A stretch of DNA of 38,954 bases, from NCBI RefSeq assembly GCF_001194135.2, contig NC_069007.1, positions 11,682,352-11,721,305 on the forward strand. Direction: 5' to 3'. This document shows positions 37,508 to 38,954 of this stretch, piece by piece. Both the position numbers and the translations under genes were made by a program. How positions within the stretch are numbered: position 1 is the first letter of the stretch; each line of letters starts with the position of its first letter. Below the pieces are notes generated by a model. It saw only the letters and a program-made list of their open reading frames with translations, made no database searches and was not told where the DNA came from. This DNA is from Octopus bimaculoides. Taxonomy: Eukaryota.

Positions 37508-38023
37508 CTATTACAAAAACTATCCACTAAAAGACTAACTTCAGCTAACTCTCTATGGCCTACATCCATTAGTTCTTTAAGTTCTGCATAAGAACACTCT
37601 CTTAACATTACATAACAACCATAAATATTTTTTCTTTATATAAAAATCATTAATTTTGTCATTAAGGCCTAGAGCGTGTACGCTACATAACACCTTGGTT
37701 CAAAACCATTCTTCTTGTAAAAGTTTCTGTCTAACATTGACTAATTATTTAAATTTTACAGTTTTCAAACCCTAAGCTAACATACATATGTATATATATA
37801 TATATATACATATAAATATACATATACATCATATATATTCATATATTTATATACATATATATGTGATATATGAACACGTACACACATGCATGCAAATGCG
37901 CACAAACGTACACACACACATGTACACTTACACACACTGAGAAAAGGGTAGGTTTGAAGGTGATCCGAGAATAAAAATAGATTTAAATGGCTGAAAAGCT
38001 GAAAATGTAAAAATATTTGAAAC

Positions 38024-38066
<43 letters not shown>

Positions 38067-38289
38067 GAGCATCAAAAGTCTTTGCAAAATTAAAAAATAT
38101 AGAACAGTGTGGGGTTGGGGTGAAAAGGTAGGTTAGAAGCATGTTAAAGAAACAGCAACAAAAATAACCCTAAAAAACATTAAATTAAATAGAAAAAATG
38201 TATAATTATGTAAAATATACAGAGCTGTCGGAGAAAGAAGGAAAAATTAAGAATGAATTCACTGGTGTGTTTTGGAGAAAAAAAGCAAA

Positions 38290-38545
38290 AATAGGTGATG
38301 ATGATGATGATTATGATGATAATGGTGACTGCGATGGTGGAGGTGATGGTGGATGGTGGCAGAGGCAGTGATAATGAAGATGGTGGTTGAGATGATGATG
38401 ATGGTAATAGAGTTGGCAGTTAAGATGATGATGACAGTGGTGATGTTGGTGGTGACAATGGTGGTGGTGCTGGTGGTAGTGGTGGTGGTGGTGGGGATGG
38501 TAGTGATGGTGATGATGTTGGTGATGTAGTAGTAGTAGTATGTGT
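38290..38545. repeat. (GAT/GGT)n low-complexity tract
   Basis: Direct inspection. Confidence 0.9.
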
Positions 38546-38683
38546 ACATTTATTATTTTAATTTTTTTTAAAGATATTCTGCTGTCATAAATTCTGTGAT
38601 TTTTATAGAAATCCACATTTGAAACTTTGGTAACTTTTGTAGTCAGTGGACGTGTGAATGGGATAAAGAAAAGATATGGTTTG

Positions 38684-38954
38684 TGTTATGTTTCCCTTGG
38701 ACTGACTCGCAGAGATAACATAACGAGTTATACAATTTAATTATTACATTTATTGTTCAATTACATACAAAGAACGCACTCACCCAATGTTCGTTATGAA
38801 TAAACAAAAGTCATGTCCGCCATATATATATCAATGACATTTTACTATGACAGTCCCACAAGACAACAACAATGAAACAATGAACTCAGACGAACCACTG
38901 ACACACGGAACGTCAGACGAATTACATATCTAACAGTCCATATAACAGTTTGTA
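38684..38954 (-). mobile_element. Possible LTR running off the window end
   Basis: Terminus TGTTATG at 38684, reverse-strand AATAAA about 70 bp from that end, CpG-richer than flanks. Confidence 0.3.

Larger units (their letters stand above)
34573..37775 (-). mobile_element. Decayed Penelope-like retroelement with GIY-YIG remnant N-terminal to RT (Naiad/Chlamys-type order)
   Basis: After removing three SINEs the reverse strand gives: EEWF*TKVLCSVHALGLND (EN C-terminus), LFNYNK..CKC..MSKG, LHKKYVIVPVDKAAGN, IPKLHK, YDFLMLYTNL, FEQVRGIPVAGNCSPLLVDLYL, degenerate DD (35061-35066), YLDINL..YGVFSGQIIR, stop at 34573. Confidence 0.85.

Noticed and set aside
37695-37715. In-frame TGA in the PLE endonuclease as selenocysteine
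   Set aside because: It aligns with a conserved Trp (TGG to TGA) in an element full of other stops.

Overview
Eukaryotic, repeat-saturated genomic DNA from a gapped draft assembly (eight N-runs, nearly all bounded by (TA)n or (CT)n). The tRNA-derived SINE repertoire and microsatellite density suggest an octopus or related coleoid cephalopod (inference). One likely host coding exon is visible: 6362-6412 (+), [17 protein letters not shown], followed by a perfect AAG|GTAAGT donor and preceded by a CpG-richer probable 5' UTR; no further coding exon was found, so most of the window is probably a long intron. Decayed mobile elements: a near full-length maT/DD37D-like transposase (10845-11878), a DD34D mariner (27695-28697), RTE and CR1 LINE fragments, pogo/Tigger and hAT MITEs, possible LTRs and several modular SINE families. 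Two highlights: (1) a type I hammerhead ribozyme with a complete catalytic core at 1855-1953, next to a perfect 26-bp palindrome; (2) a decayed Penelope-like retroelement at 34573-37775 (-) with the GIY-YIG remnant N-terminal to the RT (Naiad/Chlamys-type order), split by three SINE insertions. All analysis was by eye. Family names are motif-based recognitions, not database hits, and most of the supplied ORFs are microsatellite artefacts.
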